Origin: an uncultured Verrucomicrobiae bacterium
GTDB lineage: Bacteria; Verrucomicrobiota; Verrucomicrobiia; Chthoniobacterales; UBA10450
NCBI GenBank assembly: GCA_963815455.1
Contig: CAWFGO010000005.1
Span: forward strand, 32,001-96,000
Direction of reading: 5' to 3'
DNA: 64,000 bases
Under the pieces are notes generated by a model. That model saw only the letters and a program-made list of their open reading frames with translations. It was not told the DNA's origin and searched no databases. Shown here piece by piece: positions 30,439 to 40,855 of the stretch. The number at the start of each line of letters is the position of its first letter. Position 1 is the stretch's first letter. The position numbers and the translations under genes were made by a program.

Positions 30439-30930
30439 ATGCTTTGTGACGTTTGCAAATGTAATGATGCTACGGTCTTCCTGACCCAGATCCTGGAAGG
30501 CAAGATGCAAAAAGTGAACCTGTGCGATGCCTGCTCCAAAGAGAAAGGCGTGCAGGATCCGACCGGCTTTGCCCTGGCCGATTTACTCCTGGGCATCGGC
30601 GCGGCCGAAGAGATCGAGAAGGGCGCGCCGACGCAGAAGTGTCCGGTGTGCGGATACACGCAGGCCGATTTTAAGAAGACCGGACGGCTCGGGTGCAGCG
30701 CGTGCTACGTTACGTTCGCAGAAGGGTTAAACACTTTACTCAAAGCGATGCATAAGGGGACCAAACATGTCGGCAAATTTCCCCGGCGGGCGCATCGCGA
30801 AATACAACTGGGCGATCGGATGCGCACGCTGGCTGAGAATTTGGAAAAAGCCGTCGCGGAAGAGAATTACGAGACGGCCGCTTCATTACGCGATGAGATC
30901 AAGCAGCTTGAAAGCGAGATCTCGAACTAG
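30439..30930 (+). CDS. mcsA: McsA (CxxC zinc fingers + UVR domain)
   Basis: Four CxxC pairs, GRLGCSACY, ENYETAASLRD. Confidence 0.92.
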   Translation: MLCDVCKCNDATVFLTQILEGKMQKVNLCDACSKEKGVQDPTGFALADLLLGIGAAEEIEKGAPTQKCPVCGYTQADFKKTGRLGCSACYVTFAEGLNTLLKAMHKGTKHVGKFPRRAHREIQLGDRMRTLAENLEKAVAEENYETAASLRDEIKQLESEISN

Positions 30931-30933
30931 ACG

Positions 30934-32058
30934 ATGAAAATTTCCAATGTCATGTCCACCGCGGGCGAATGGCTGCGCGGCGAAGGCCCGCATCATCAGA
31001 TCGTGGTTAGCAGCCGCGTCCGATTGGCCCGTAATCTTCGCAATCGGCCGTTCCCAGGCTGGGCCAAAAAAGCGGAGCGGACGAGCATTCTGGAATTGAT
31101 GAAGCCGGCCGTTGAGGAGCTTCCCGAAATGGAAGACTCGTTTTCAGAAGTGCTTCAGGATCTTTCCGCGCTCGATAAGCAAGTCTTGGTGGAACGTCAT
31201 CTGATTAGCCGCGAGCACGCGGCGAAGGGGGCTGGCAGCGCCGTGGTGATGAACCGGCGACAGACGCTGAGCATCATGTTGAACGAGGAAGATCATTTGC
31301 GAATGCAATCCATTCGCTCGGGTTTGCAATTGAAGCAGGCGTTCAAACTCGTGGATAAGATCGACACGGCGCTCGAGGACAAACTCGAGTTCGGTTACGA
31401 TCGACGCCTTGGATATCTGACCGCCTGCCCAACGAATGTCGGCACCGGCATGCGTGCTTCGGCCATGTTGCATCTGCCTGGCCTGGTTTTGAGCGAGATG
31501 ATCAATCAGGTTGTTCAGGCGGTGAGCAAGATCGGCCTGGCCGTGCGCGGTCTTTACGGCGAAGGCACCGAAGCGATGGGCAACCTGTTCCAAATCTCGA
31601 ACCAGACAACGCTGGGCGAAAAGGAAGACGAGATCATCGGTCGCCTAACCAAGGTGATCGAGACGATTATCGACAAGGAACACGATGCGCGCCAGGTGTT
31701 GATCCAGAAAAAATCGAACACGCTGTGGGACCAAATCGGTCGCGCCTACGGCGTTTTGACTTATGCCCACGCGATGAGTTCGAAAGAAGCGCTTAATTTA
31801 TTGTCGATCATCAAATTGGGCGTGGATCTGGGCGCGTTTCCGGAAGATCGGCGTTTGCCAATCGATCAACTTTTCATCGATACCCAGCCCGCGCATCTGC
31901 AAAAAGGCTCCGATCAAAAGCTAAATGCCGAAGAACGCGACCACCTTCGGGCACAGATTATCCGCGACCGTTTGAAAGTCTTCCCCAAACCTGATATTAG
32001 TAAGATGGTCAGGGAGTCGGGAAACGGTTCGGCTGCCTCGCCAACGAACAATGAATAA
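30934..32058 (+). CDS. mcsB: protein arginine kinase McsB
   Basis: SSRVRLARN, NEEDHLR, GYLTACPTNVGTGMRAS, QISNQTTLG. Confidence 0.95.
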   Translation: MKISNVMSTAGEWLRGEGPHHQIVVSSRVRLARNLRNRPFPGWAKKAERTSILELMKPAVEELPEMEDSFSEVLQDLSALDKQVLVERHLISREHAAKGAGSAVVMNRRQTLSIMLNEEDHLRMQSIRSGLQLKQAFKLVDKIDTALEDKLEFGYDRRLGYLTACPTNVGTGMRASAMLHLPGLVLSEMINQVVQAVSKIGLAVRGLYGEGTEAMGNLFQISNQTTLGEKEDEIIGRLTKVIETIIDKEHDARQVLIQKKSNTLWDQIGRAYGVLTYAHAMSSKEALNLLSIIKLGVDLGAFPEDRRLPIDQLFIDTQPAHLQKGSDQKLNAEERDHLRAQIIRDRLKVFPKPDISKMVRESGNGSAASPTNNE

Positions 32059-34516
32059 TTTTACACCCCGCGCTCAACAGGTCCTGGCCCTTGCCCGCAA
32101 GGAGGCCGACCGATTCAATCACAACTACGTGGGCACCGAGCATCTGCTGCTGGGATTGATCAAGCTGGGGCAGGGGGTTGCGGTCAACGTTTTGCAAAAG
32201 GTCGGCCTCGATTTGGAGACCGTGCGGATGGAAGTCGAGAAGCAGGTCGGCTCCGGGCCGGAAACGAAAATGGTCGGCAACATCCCGTACACGCCGCGGG
32301 TGAAAAAGGTTCTGGCGCTGGCGGGCAAGGAAGCCAAGGCGCTCAATCACTCCTACGTCGGCACCGAGCACATTTTGCTGGGACTACTGCGTGAAGGCGA
32401 AGGGGTGGCTGCGCGTGTGCTCAAGAGCCTCGAAGTCGATATCAATCGGACCCGCGACGAAATTCAAAAAGAGCTCGACCCGAATTTTATGCCTTCGGAA
32501 TCCGAAGAGGGCGAGGCGCCGACCAAGAAAGATGTAAAGACGCCGGCTCTCCGCGCGTTTGGCCGCGATCTCACCGAGCTGGCGAAAAAGAGCGAGCTGG
32601 ATCCGGTGATTGGCCGGCATAACGAAATCGAGCGCGTGATTCAAGTGCTTTGCCGCCGGACTAAGAACAATCCGGTGCTGATTGGCGAAGCGGGCGTCGG
32701 CAAGACGGCGATTGCCGAAGGACTGGCGCAGGAAATCGCCAGCGGCAACGTTCCCGAGCTATTGCGTGATAAACGAGTGATCACTCTCGATCTCGCGTTG
32801 ATGGTGGCCGGGACGAAATACCGCGGTCAATTCGAAGAGCGGATCAAAGCGGTGATGGACGAGATTCGACGCTCGAAGAACGTGATTCTTTTTATCGATG
32901 AGTTGCACACGATTGTGGGCGCCGGTTCGGCCGAGGGCGCGATGGACGCTTCGAACATCATCAAGCCGGCGCTGAGCCGCGGCGAATTACAATGCGTCGG
33001 CGCGACCACGATGAACGAATATCGGAAGTACATCGAGAAGGACGCCGCACTGGAGCGCCGTTTTCAGACCGTGAAGGTCGATGCGCCCACGATCGATGAA
33101 GCGATTCAGATTTTGAAAGGGCTGCGGCCGAAATACGAAGCGCACCACAAAGCCAAGCTCACCGACGAAGCGCTCGAAACTGCCGTCCGGTTTTCCGATC
33201 GTTATATCACCGGACGTTTTCTCCCTGATAAAGCAATCGACGTGATGGACGAAGCCGGCGCGCGCGCCCGTATCAACGCCATGACCCGGCCGCCCGACGT
33301 AAAGGAGATCGAAAAAGAAATTGAAGAGATCCGCCTCGAAAAAGAAGCCGCGATCAAGGCCCAGGATTTTGAAAAGGCCGCTTCACTCCGGGACAAGGAG
33401 AAACAAACCAAGGAGCGGCTCGACACGATTTTGGCCAAGTGGCGCGAGGAGCGCGAAGAAAAGGAAGTGGTCGTCACCGCCGACGACATGATGCACATCA
33501 TTTCGAAGGTCACGGGCGTGCCGCTCCAGCGGATGGAACAGGAAGAGACGCAAAAGCTCCTCCGGATGGAAACGGAGATAAAACAGCGCGTCATCGGCCA
33601 GGAAGAAGCGGTTACGGCAATCAGCAAGGCGTTGCGCAGGTCGCGGGCCGACCTGAAGGACCCCAAGCGTCCCATCGGCTCGTTTGTTTTTCTCGGGCCG
33701 ACCGGCGTCGGGAAAACATTCCTCGCCCGTACCCTGGCTGAATTTATGTTTGGCGATTCCGACGCGTTGATTCAGATCGACATGTCGGAGTACATGGAAA
33801 AATTTACCGCTTCGCGCCTGATTGGTTCGCCGCCTGGCTACGTCGGGTACGAAGAGGGCGGCCAGCTTTCCGAAGCGGTGCGCCGCCGGCCGTACTCGGT
33901 TGTCCTGTTCGACGAGATCGAGAAAGCGCATCCCGATGTGATGCATTTGCTTTTGCAGATTCTCGAAGAGGGAAAAATAACCGACTCGCTGGGGAGGAAG
34001 ATCGATTTTCGAAACACGATCATCATCATGACTTCGAACGTGGGCGCGGAGTTGCTGAAGAAGCAAACCGTGATGGGCTTCGGCGCGCCGCGGGATGCGC
34101 AGGACTACGATTCGATGCGCGACAAGATCATGGAGGAAACCAAGCGCGTGTTTAAGCCCGAGTTCCTCAACCGATTGGACGAGATCATCGTTTTCCATTC
34201 GCTGGGCAAACCGGAGCTGCTGCGCATTGTCGATCTTGAAGTGGACAAGGTGCTTATTCGCATCAAGGCCAAAGAGGTTCACATCGAGATGAACGAGAGC
34301 GCAAAAGAATTTCTCATCGAGAAAGGCTACGATCCGCAATATGGCGCCCGGCCGATGCGCCGCGCGGTGGAACGTTATCTCGAAGATCCGCTGGCTGAAG
34401 AATTGCTCCGTGGCAACGTCAAGGCCGGCGATACGGTCCACGTTGTCGCCGAGGGTGGAAAACTCGTGTTCAAGTCGGCCGATGCGAGCGCCGCAACTCC
34501 GGCACAGGCGAGCTGA
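32051..34516 (+). CDS. clpC: ATP-dependent Clp protease ATPase subunit ClpC
   Basis: Two Clp-N repeats, [11 protein letters not shown] middle domain, [16 protein letters not shown]. Confidence 0.96.
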   Translation: MNNFTPRAQQVLALARKEADRFNHNYVGTEHLLLGLIKLGQGVAVNVLQKVGLDLETVRMEVEKQVGSGPETKMVGNIPYTPRVKKVLALAGKEAKALNHSYVGTEHILLGLLREGEGVAARVLKSLEVDINRTRDEIQKELDPNFMPSESEEGEAPTKKDVKTPALRAFGRDLTELAKKSELDPVIGRHNEIERVIQVLCRRTKNNPVLIGEAGVGKTAIAEGLAQEIASGNVPELLRDKRVITLDLALMVAGTKYRGQFEERIKAVMDEIRRSKNVILFIDELHTIVGAGSAEGAMDASNIIKPALSRGELQCVGATTMNEYRKYIEKDAALERRFQTVKVDAPTIDEAIQILKGLRPKYEAHHKAKLTDEALETAVRFSDRYITGRFLPDKAIDVMDEAGARARINAMTRPPDVKEIEKEIEEIRLEKEAAIKAQDFEKAASLRDKEKQTKERLDTILAKWREEREEKEVVVTADDMMHIISKVTGVPLQRMEQEETQKLLRMETEIKQRVIGQEEAVTAISKALRRSRADLKDPKRPIGSFVFLGPTGVGKTFLARTLAEFMFGDSDALIQIDMSEYMEKFTASRLIGSPPGYVGYEEGGQLSEAVRRRPYSVVLFDEIEKAHPDVMHLLLQILEEGKITDSLGRKIDFRNTIIIMTSNVGAELLKKQTVMGFGAPRDAQDYDSMRDKIMEETKRVFKPEFLNRLDEIIVFHSLGKPELLRIVDLEVDKVLIRIKAKEVHIEMNESAKEFLIEKGYDPQYGARPMRRAVERYLEDPLAEELLRGNVKAGDTVHVVAEGGKLVFKSADASAATPAQAS

Positions 34517-34527
34517 AGCGCGGAAAG

Positions 34528-34607
34528 TGTCGTCCTGAGCAAGCGCGAAGGACCTCGCAAATTAACGAAGGCGGCGTGACATTCCTCGCATTCTGCTCGG
34601 AATGACA
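34528..34607. repeat. TGTC/GACA-terminated palindromic element
   Basis: TGTCGTCCTGAGCAAGCGCGAAGGACCTC ... ATTCCTCGCATTCTGCTCGGAATGACA. Confidence 0.7.
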
Positions 34608-36401
34608 AATAATAATGCGCACCAACGCCCATCCTATTGGAACTGGCTTTTTGGCCTGGCTCTGATCGCTGCAACCGTGCTCGTGTACCAGCCGGCCTGG
34701 AACGGAAAGCCGATTTGGGATGATGACATCCACATTACCGTCCCTAGCCTCCGTTCATTGTCTGGATTAACGCGAATCTGGACAGACCCGGCGGCGGCGC
34801 CGCAGTTTTACCCCGTTCTCCACACTGTTTTTTGGCTCGAATACAAACTTTGGGGCGCGTGGCCGCTACCGTACCACCTTGTCAACATTCTCCTTCATGC
34901 GTTTTCCGCGCTGCTCTTGCTAAGAATCCTCCAACGACTTGAAATCCCCGGCGCCTGGCTCGCCGTTTCCGTCTTCGCGCTTCACCCCGTGTTCGCGGAA
35001 TCGGTCGCATGGATATCGGAACTCAAGAATACTCTTTCCGGCGCGTTCTTCTTCGCGACGGCTCTCGCATATTTGCGCTTCGACCAGGGTCGACGACGAA
35101 GCGCATACGTTGTGGCGCTGACGCTTTTCCTAGTGGGTCTTATGGTCAAAACTGTGATCGCAACCTTGCCCGCGGCAATATTGGCGGTCCTCTGGTGGAA
35201 ACGGCGGGGGCTAGCCTGGAAGCGGGACGTGAAGCCGTTGATCCCTTTTTTCGCCGTCGGAATTGCGGCGGGATTTTTCACCGCGTGGGTCGAACGAAGA
35301 TTCTGTGGCGCGGAAGGCAAGGCGTTTGATTTTTCGATGATCGAGCGATTTCTCATCGCCGGACGGGCGTTTTGGTTTTACCTGGGCAAGCTGTTTTGGC
35401 CGGCAAACCTCGTAGTGATCTACCCGCGCTGGCGCGTTAGTCCGACGGCGTGGTGGCAATATCTCTTCCCCGTCGCGGTGCTATTGGTTTTTGCCGCGTT
35501 GTGGATTTGGCGGAAGCGCCTGCCCGCGCTGTTGGCTGCGCTGTTGTTTTTTGCCGTGATGCTTTTTCCGATGCTGAGTTTTTTGAACATATCTTACTTT
35601 AAATTCTCGTTCGTAGCGGATCACTTTCAGTACTTGGCCAGCGTGGGAATTATTGTGTTCGTCGCGGCTGGCGCAGCGGTTTCCATAGCGCGACTGCGAA
35701 ACTGGCAGCGAACGGGCGCGTATGGATTGTGCCTGATTCTGGTGGCGACGTTAGGGGGAATGACATGGCGACAAAGCGTGATATTTCGCGACCCGGAAAC
35801 ATGTTATCGAGCGATCCTGGCGAGCAATCCCGATAGCGCGCTGGCTCACAGCAATTTGGGAAACGTCCTGCTGCGAGACGGACGAGTGGACGATGCAATC
35901 GTGCATGAGACACAAGCGGTGACGCTCCAGCCGGAAAGCGAATTTGCTCACTTTAACCTCGCCCTTGCCCTGTTCGCAAAGGGACGGGTGGACGAGGCGA
36001 TTCTTCATTTGGAAAAGGTTTTGGAAGTAAATCCCAATCATCCACAAGCCTGTTACACCCTTGCCAACATCCTCGCCGACAAGGGAAAAACAGATCAAGC
36101 GATGGCTTATTATCAGCGGACGTTAAAACTTGATCCCCGCTTTGTCGAAGCGCGGGGCAGCCTGGGCAACGTCCTTCTTCAAGAAGGGCAATTCGATGAG
36201 GCCATCACTCAATATCAAAAGATCATTGAGTTCGAACCGCAAAGTGCCACCGCCCATTTTAATCTCGCCGTCGCGCTCGTGCGGAAGGGACAATTCGACG
36301 CGGCTGTCGTCGAGTTAAGGACTGTATTGAGCATTCAGCCTGATTATCCGGATGCCAAGGTACTCTTGACGGACACTCTGGCCCGAAAAGCGCAGCCTTG
36401 A
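34602..36401 (+). CDS. TMTC-like multi-TM protein with C-terminal TPR repeats (GT-C fold)
   Basis: IWDD luminal motif, FALHPVFAESVAWISE, ADHFQYLAS, about six TPR repeats. Confidence 0.85.
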   Translation: MTNNNAHQRPSYWNWLFGLALIAATVLVYQPAWNGKPIWDDDIHITVPSLRSLSGLTRIWTDPAAAPQFYPVLHTVFWLEYKLWGAWPLPYHLVNILLHAFSALLLLRILQRLEIPGAWLAVSVFALHPVFAESVAWISELKNTLSGAFFFATALAYLRFDQGRRRSAYVVALTLFLVGLMVKTVIATLPAAILAVLWWKRRGLAWKRDVKPLIPFFAVGIAAGFFTAWVERRFCGAEGKAFDFSMIERFLIAGRAFWFYLGKLFWPANLVVIYPRWRVSPTAWWQYLFPVAVLLVFAALWIWRKRLPALLAALLFFAVMLFPMLSFLNISYFKFSFVADHFQYLASVGIIVFVAAGAAVSIARLRNWQRTGAYGLCLILVATLGGMTWRQSVIFRDPETCYRAILASNPDSALAHSNLGNVLLRDGRVDDAIVHETQAVTLQPESEFAHFNLALALFAKGRVDEAILHLEKVLEVNPNHPQACYTLANILADKGKTDQAMAYYQRTLKLDPRFVEARGSLGNVLLQEGQFDEAITQYQKIIEFEPQSATAHFNLAVALVRKGQFDAAVVELRTVLSIQPDYPDAKVLLTDTLARKAQP

Positions 36402-36411
36402 CGCCGCCCGA

Positions 36412-37287
36412 TCACGCGCGCGGGTGCGCGTTCGCGTAGGCTTTCTTCAAGCGTTCCACGGTGACGTGGGTGTAAATCTGCGTCGTCGACAAACTGGCGT
36501 GGCCTAGCAAGGCCTGCACGCTGCGCAGATCCGCGCCGCGATCGAGCAGATGCGTAGCGAAACTGTGACGGAGTTTGTGCGGACTGATCGAGATCGGGAT
36601 CGACGTGTGGCGCAGGTATCGTTTTAGAATCAGCCAGATCGAGCGAGGGGAGATTCGTGTCCGCGATTTGTTCAGGAAGAGCGGTCCGGAATGCACATTG
36701 GCTGCGGCTCGATAACGCTGGATCGTTTCCAGCGCGGGCAGACCGACTGGACACTCGCGTTCCTTCCGGCCCTTTCCAAAGGCGCGCACCGACTCGGTGT
36801 AAAGATCGACATCGGCTACGTCGAGCGCAGCAAGTTCACTCAAGCGCAAACCGCTCGAGTAAAAAAGTTCCATGATGGCGACATCCCGTAGCGGCATCCA
36901 GGGCGGCGCGGTCCGATTCTTCTCGATCTTGAGCGGCGCGGCCAGCAATTCTTCGATCTGGTTGCGGGTGAGAACCAGCGGAAGTTTTTTATCGATTTTC
37001 GGCAATTGCAGTTCGCGCACCGGATCGCGCCGCAGTTTTTTCCGTTCGGCGAGAAAGCGATAAAACGTCCGGAAGGCCGAAAATTGCAGGCGAACATACG
37101 AGCGTGCCTGTTCCCGTTTCATCAAATCGAAGAGGTAGGCCCGGAAATCGTCGGTTGTGCATTTTTTCCAAGGCGTTTTGTTTTCAGCGCGAAACGCTTC
37201 GAGCGCCTGCCGATAGATCTTGAGTGTGCGCGGCGATGCGTTCCGCTCGACCGCGAGATAACGAAGAAATTCGTTTATTTCTGTCAT
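36412..37287 (-). CDS. xerC: tyrosine recombinase XerC
   Basis: ERNASPRT, SSGLRLSEL, GKGRKER, SPHKLRHSFATH, LLGHASLSTTQIYTH; no mobile-element context. Confidence 0.88.
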   Translation of the reverse strand: MTEINEFLRYLAVERNASPRTLKIYRQALEAFRAENKTPWKKCTTDDFRAYLFDLMKREQARSYVRLQFSAFRTFYRFLAERKKLRRDPVRELQLPKIDKKLPLVLTRNQIEELLAAPLKIEKNRTAPPWMPLRDVAIMELFYSSGLRLSELAALDVADVDLYTESVRAFGKGRKERECPVGLPALETIQRYRAAANVHSGPLFLNKSRTRISPRSIWLILKRYLRHTSIPISISPHKLRHSFATHLLDRGADLRSVQALLGHASLSTTQIYTHVTVERLKKAYANAHPRA

Positions 37288-37364
37288 TCCGAGCGAAGTC
37301 GAGGAATCCCGCGATCCTAGTGGAGAGTATTGCAACGGGATGTCTCGACTCCGCTCGACATGAC
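37282..37364. repeat. GTCATT/ATGAC-terminated palindromic element
   Basis: TGTCATTCCGAGCGAAGTCGAGGAATCCCG ... CGGGATGTCTCGACTCCGCTCGACATGAC. Confidence 0.85.
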
Positions 37365-37367
37365 GAG

Positions 37368-37862
37368 CTACTCCGGTTTTTCGATGAGCAAACGAGGTGT
37401 CGCTGCCTGGGCGGCTCCACTCATCTGGCTCCGGAAGATGGGTGGCGGGCTCGCCGAGACCAGTTCGTAATTTTTCAGCACAAACTCCGGATAAATGGAG
37501 TTGCTGGCCGGCTCGTAGACTTTCTCGCCGCTGAAGTAGCCGTAAAGTTTGTATTCGTAGTTGTTGTCGCTGCCGAGTTTCTTTTGCTCGCGGTCCGGAG
37601 CGAGTTTTTCCTTTTCGTTCATCATCACCAGTTGTGCCGTGCTCCAGGGTTGGTTTGGCCGTCGCACGTAGCCCCAGAATTTGAACTCGGGTTTAAAATA
37701 GCGGCGGCCAACGAAGTAATCCCCAGGCGGTTCGGCTGCGATCCTCCGAGCCGCTTCGATTTTCGCCTGTTGAATCCCTTGCGGAACAGTCTCGCATCCG
37801 CCCAAGGTGAGCAGGGCCAGAAAAACCCCGCTGGCAAAAGCAAATCGAACCGTGCTTTTCAT
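37368..37862 (-). CDS. putative lipoprotein
   Basis: Lipobox LGGC; YFVGRRY...FWGYVRRP aromatic-rich body. Confidence 0.8.
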   Translation of the reverse strand: MKSTVRFAFASGVFLALLTLGGCETVPQGIQQAKIEAARRIAAEPPGDYFVGRRYFKPEFKFWGYVRRPNQPWSTAQLVMMNEKEKLAPDREQKKLGSDNNYEYKLYGYFSGEKVYEPASNSIYPEFVLKNYELVSASPPPIFRSQMSGAAQAATPRLLIEKPE

Positions 37863-37957
37863 AGTAAGATCGACATCTTCTTACCCATGTTTTGGTTCCA
37901 TGCAATCGCGGCGTTTGTTTTTGCATTGCTCCGGCGCGCTCGTAAACTTCCCGCTTG

Positions 37958-38221
37958 ATGTTGGAGCTTGAAGTCTACGCTGCCGGATTGCGCGATTTGA
38001 ACAAAATTCTGGAGTTGGACCATCAACTCGAGGCGATTCCAGGATTGCGCTACAAAGTCGATAGCAATCACGATATCGTTTACCTCGATCTGGACGAGCC
38101 GACCATCACTTTTCGCGAAATTCGCGCCATCTTTAAGAAGCTCGGTTTGGATCCACGATTTATCGGCGCAATTCCACCCGAGCTGCGGCCAAAGACAAAG
38201 ACCCAACCGCTGAATGTGTAG
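37958..38221 (+). CDS. small hypothetical protein (possible ferredoxin-like/HMA fold)
   Basis: Compact ORF upstream of mlaE with alternating beta/alpha pattern. Confidence 0.65.
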   Translation: MLELEVYAAGLRDLNKILELDHQLEAIPGLRYKVDSNHDIVYLDLDEPTITFREIRAIFKKLGLDPRFIGAIPPELRPKTKTQPLNV

Positions 38222-38281
38222 GATCCGCGGACGGCGCTTCGAGCGGATCGTAGCCGGACTAGCACAGCCCCCTACTACGGA

Positions 38282-39079
38282 ATGATCGTTCGTTTGTTTA
38301 GCGCGTTGGGTGGACCGGTTCTCGCGTTTTTCCAATACGTGGGCGAGGTCGTGTTCCTGGCGGCGGAAACGGCGAAGTCGCTCTTCACTCGAAGACTGCG
38401 CTGGAAATTATTTCTTAATCAAATCGTGGAGATCGGGCTGCTCTCCCAACTTCTGGTTGTGATCACGGGTGGATTTACCGGCGCAGTATTCGCCGCGCAG
38501 TCCTATTTCCAGCTTAACAAACTGGGAATGCAATCGTCGGTAGGTGCTTTGGTGTCGGTGGCGCTTTGCCGTGAGCTTGCGCCCGTTTTGACTGCGCTAA
38601 TGGTCACCGGACGGGTCGGCGCGGCGATGTCGGCCGAGATCGGCACGATGAAAGTGACCGAGCAAATCGATGCCCTTCGGGCCCTCGCCGTTCATCCGAT
38701 CGATTATTTGGTGGTGCCGCGCACCCTTGCGATGATGATCTCGATGCCGTTACTGGTGGCCGAATGCATCGCGTTTGGGATTGCCACCGGCTATTTCGTG
38801 GCGGTCTACCTGCTCGAGATCAATGGCACTTACTACGTCGCGAACATGGTTCGTTGGACGCAGAGCCGCGATATCATTATGGGTTTAGCGAAGGCATTCT
38901 GCTTCGCCCTCCTTATAGTCTTTATCAGTTGCCACAAGGGACTCACGGCCCGCGAAGGCGCGGTCGGCGTTGGCCGGGCTACGACCGAAGCTGTAGTGAA
39001 TGCGTCGCTGGCGGTTCTCGTGTCAAATTTTTTCCTGACGATGTTCTTGAATATTATTTTTCCGGCAGGATACCAATGA
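38282..39079 (+). CDS. mlaE: MlaE-family permease
   Basis: RELAPVLTAL, GRVGAAMSAEIGTMKVTEQIDAL, GVGRATT. Confidence 0.93.
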   Translation: MIVRLFSALGGPVLAFFQYVGEVVFLAAETAKSLFTRRLRWKLFLNQIVEIGLLSQLLVVITGGFTGAVFAAQSYFQLNKLGMQSSVGALVSVALCRELAPVLTALMVTGRVGAAMSAEIGTMKVTEQIDALRALAVHPIDYLVVPRTLAMMISMPLLVAECIAFGIATGYFVAVYLLEINGTYYVANMVRWTQSRDIIMGLAKAFCFALLIVFISCHKGLTAREGAVGVGRATTEAVVNASLAVLVSNFFLTMFLNIIFPAGYQ

Positions 39080-39888
39080 AAGGGCAACTCGAGGAGCCGG
39101 GCTTCGCCGGGACGGCTGCGCCCCGGTCGATGATCGCGGTTCGATCACTCGCCAAGAAGCTTGGGCAGCAGGAGATCTTGCGTGGAGTCGATCTGGATGT
39201 GACCAAAGGTGAGACGCTGGTCATCATTGGGCGTAGCGGCGGAGGCAAGAGCGTGTTGCTAAAGCACCTCGTCGGTTTGATGAAACCCGACACGGGCGAA
39301 ATCTGGATCGAAGACCAGAACATCGTTGGGATGGGTGAGCGCGAGCTTGCCGGAATCCGGCAAAAGGTCGGGATCTTGTTTCAAGGCGGAGCACTTTTCG
39401 ATTCGATGACGGTCGAGGAAAACATTGCCTTTCCATTACGTGAAGCTGGGGTGCGAGATCCGAGGATTTTACGCGGGAAAGTGGAGGAGATGCTCGAAGT
39501 GATGGAGATGGAGGGTGAACAGGAGAAGATGCCGGTTAGTTTAAGCGGCGGAATGAAGAAGCGGGTTGGCCTGGCGCGATCGATTATTCGGCGTCCGTCG
39601 TGCATCCTTTATGACGAGCCGACCTCGGGCCTGGACCCGGTGGTAGCCGACAGCATCAATCGATTGATTCGGCGCTTACAGCAGCGTTTTGGGGTAACGA
39701 GCATTGTCGTTAGTCACGACATGAAGAGTGCCTTTCACGTGGCCGACCACATCGCCTATTTACACGAAGGGGGAATTTATTTTCATGGCTCGCCGGCGGA
39801 ACTTCAACAGTCTGCCGATCCATTGATTCATGATTTTCTCCACGGACACTCGACTGGGGTGCGAGGAACGATGGATGCTTCCAAATGA
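39076..39888 (+). CDS. mlaF: MlaF-family ABC ATPase
   Basis: GRSGGGKS, FQGGALFDSM, LSGGMKKRVGLAR, YDEPTSGLDP. Confidence 0.93.
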   Translation: MKGQLEEPGFAGTAAPRSMIAVRSLAKKLGQQEILRGVDLDVTKGETLVIIGRSGGGKSVLLKHLVGLMKPDTGEIWIEDQNIVGMGERELAGIRQKVGILFQGGALFDSMTVEENIAFPLREAGVRDPRILRGKVEEMLEVMEMEGEQEKMPVSLSGGMKKRVGLARSIIRRPSCILYDEPTSGLDPVVADSINRLIRRLQQRFGVTSIVVSHDMKSAFHVADHIAYLHEGGIYFHGSPAELQQSADPLIHDFLHGHSTGVRGTMDASK

Positions 39889-39943
39889 ACGCAATGCGTG
39901 AAACGGTTGACTGTAGAAGGTCCCGGGGTGGAGAGTGCCTCCG

Positions 39944-40855
39944 ATGAATCGACACGAGCGCGGGCTGGAATTCAAAGTGGGCGTGTTTGTCTTTGTCGGA
40001 TTGTCGATGTTAGCAGCCCTGGTCGTGGAGTTCGGCCGGTTAGGTGAAGGCTTCAAAACATATTATCCCGTTACCGTGCGTTTCACCGACGCGAGCGGTC
40101 TTTTGAAAGGGTCGGATGTTTTGCTGGCCGGCGCCAAGATTGGCCATGTATCCGGTGGCCCCCGCCTTGTTCGAGAAGGGCAGGGGGTGGCAGTGCCGCT
40201 GCGGATCTACGATTATGTGAAAATTCCTCTCGGAAGTAAGTTCGAAGTGGGAAGCTCCGGCTTGCTAGGCGATCGTTTCGTGAGCGTGACGATGCCGCCC
40301 GGGCGCCCGAGCCAATATGTTGCGCGGGATGCCTACATCGAGGGCACGCGCCAGACAGGGATCGACGACATCACACGGGAAGGTGGCGCACTGGCTGTCG
40401 ACATGCGCGAGGCCGTCAAAAAAATCGATGTGACGTTGACGCGCTTAAATCAAGAGGCGTTGTCGTCTGCCAATCTGCAAAACTTGAAGCTGAGCATCGA
40501 ACACCTAAAAGAAGCCACGGGAGCGCTGGCGGAATCCTCGAAGAAGCTCGACGGCGTGATCGAGAAAGCGGATTCCACAATGAGTTCGGCTCACAAAGCG
40601 GCCGACGATATGCAACTCGTTATGGCCGACGCTCGCAAGACCGCGCAGGCGGCGACACAAGTCTTTCGCGACGCGACCGAGGGTAAAGGGGCGCTGGCTG
40701 CGCTTCTCGAGAATCAGGATTTGGCGGACGACCTGCGCGCGTTGATTCATAATTTGCGCATGCACGGCGTTCTATTTTATCGCGACCGCGCATCGAAGAC
40801 CGAGGAGAAAGCCCCAGAGAAAGCGAAACCGGCAGACCGGAGAGGAGGACGCTGA
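39944..40855 (+). CDS. mlaD: MlaD/MCE-family protein
   Basis: TM anchor, DASGLLKGSDV..AGAKIG, SGLLGDRFV, long helical tail. Confidence 0.9.
   Translation: MNRHERGLEFKVGVFVFVGLSMLAALVVEFGRLGEGFKTYYPVTVRFTDASGLLKGSDVLLAGAKIGHVSGGPRLVREGQGVAVPLRIYDYVKIPLGSKFEVGSSGLLGDRFVSVTMPPGRPSQYVARDAYIEGTRQTGIDDITREGGALAVDMREAVKKIDVTLTRLNQEALSSANLQNLKLSIEHLKEATGALAESSKKLDGVIEKADSTMSSAHKAADDMQLVMADARKTAQAATQVFRDATEGKGALAALLENQDLADDLRALIHNLRMHGVLFYRDRASKTEEKAPEKAKPADRRGGR

Noticed and set aside
29137..34441. Long antisense ORFs (e.g. 29137-30510, 33383-34441)
   Set aside because: Shadow frames of well-supported genes, expected from GC-rich codon usage.
36412..37287. Phage or island integrase
   Set aside because: Motifs and size match chromosomal XerC; neighbours are housekeeping genes and no att repeat was seen.
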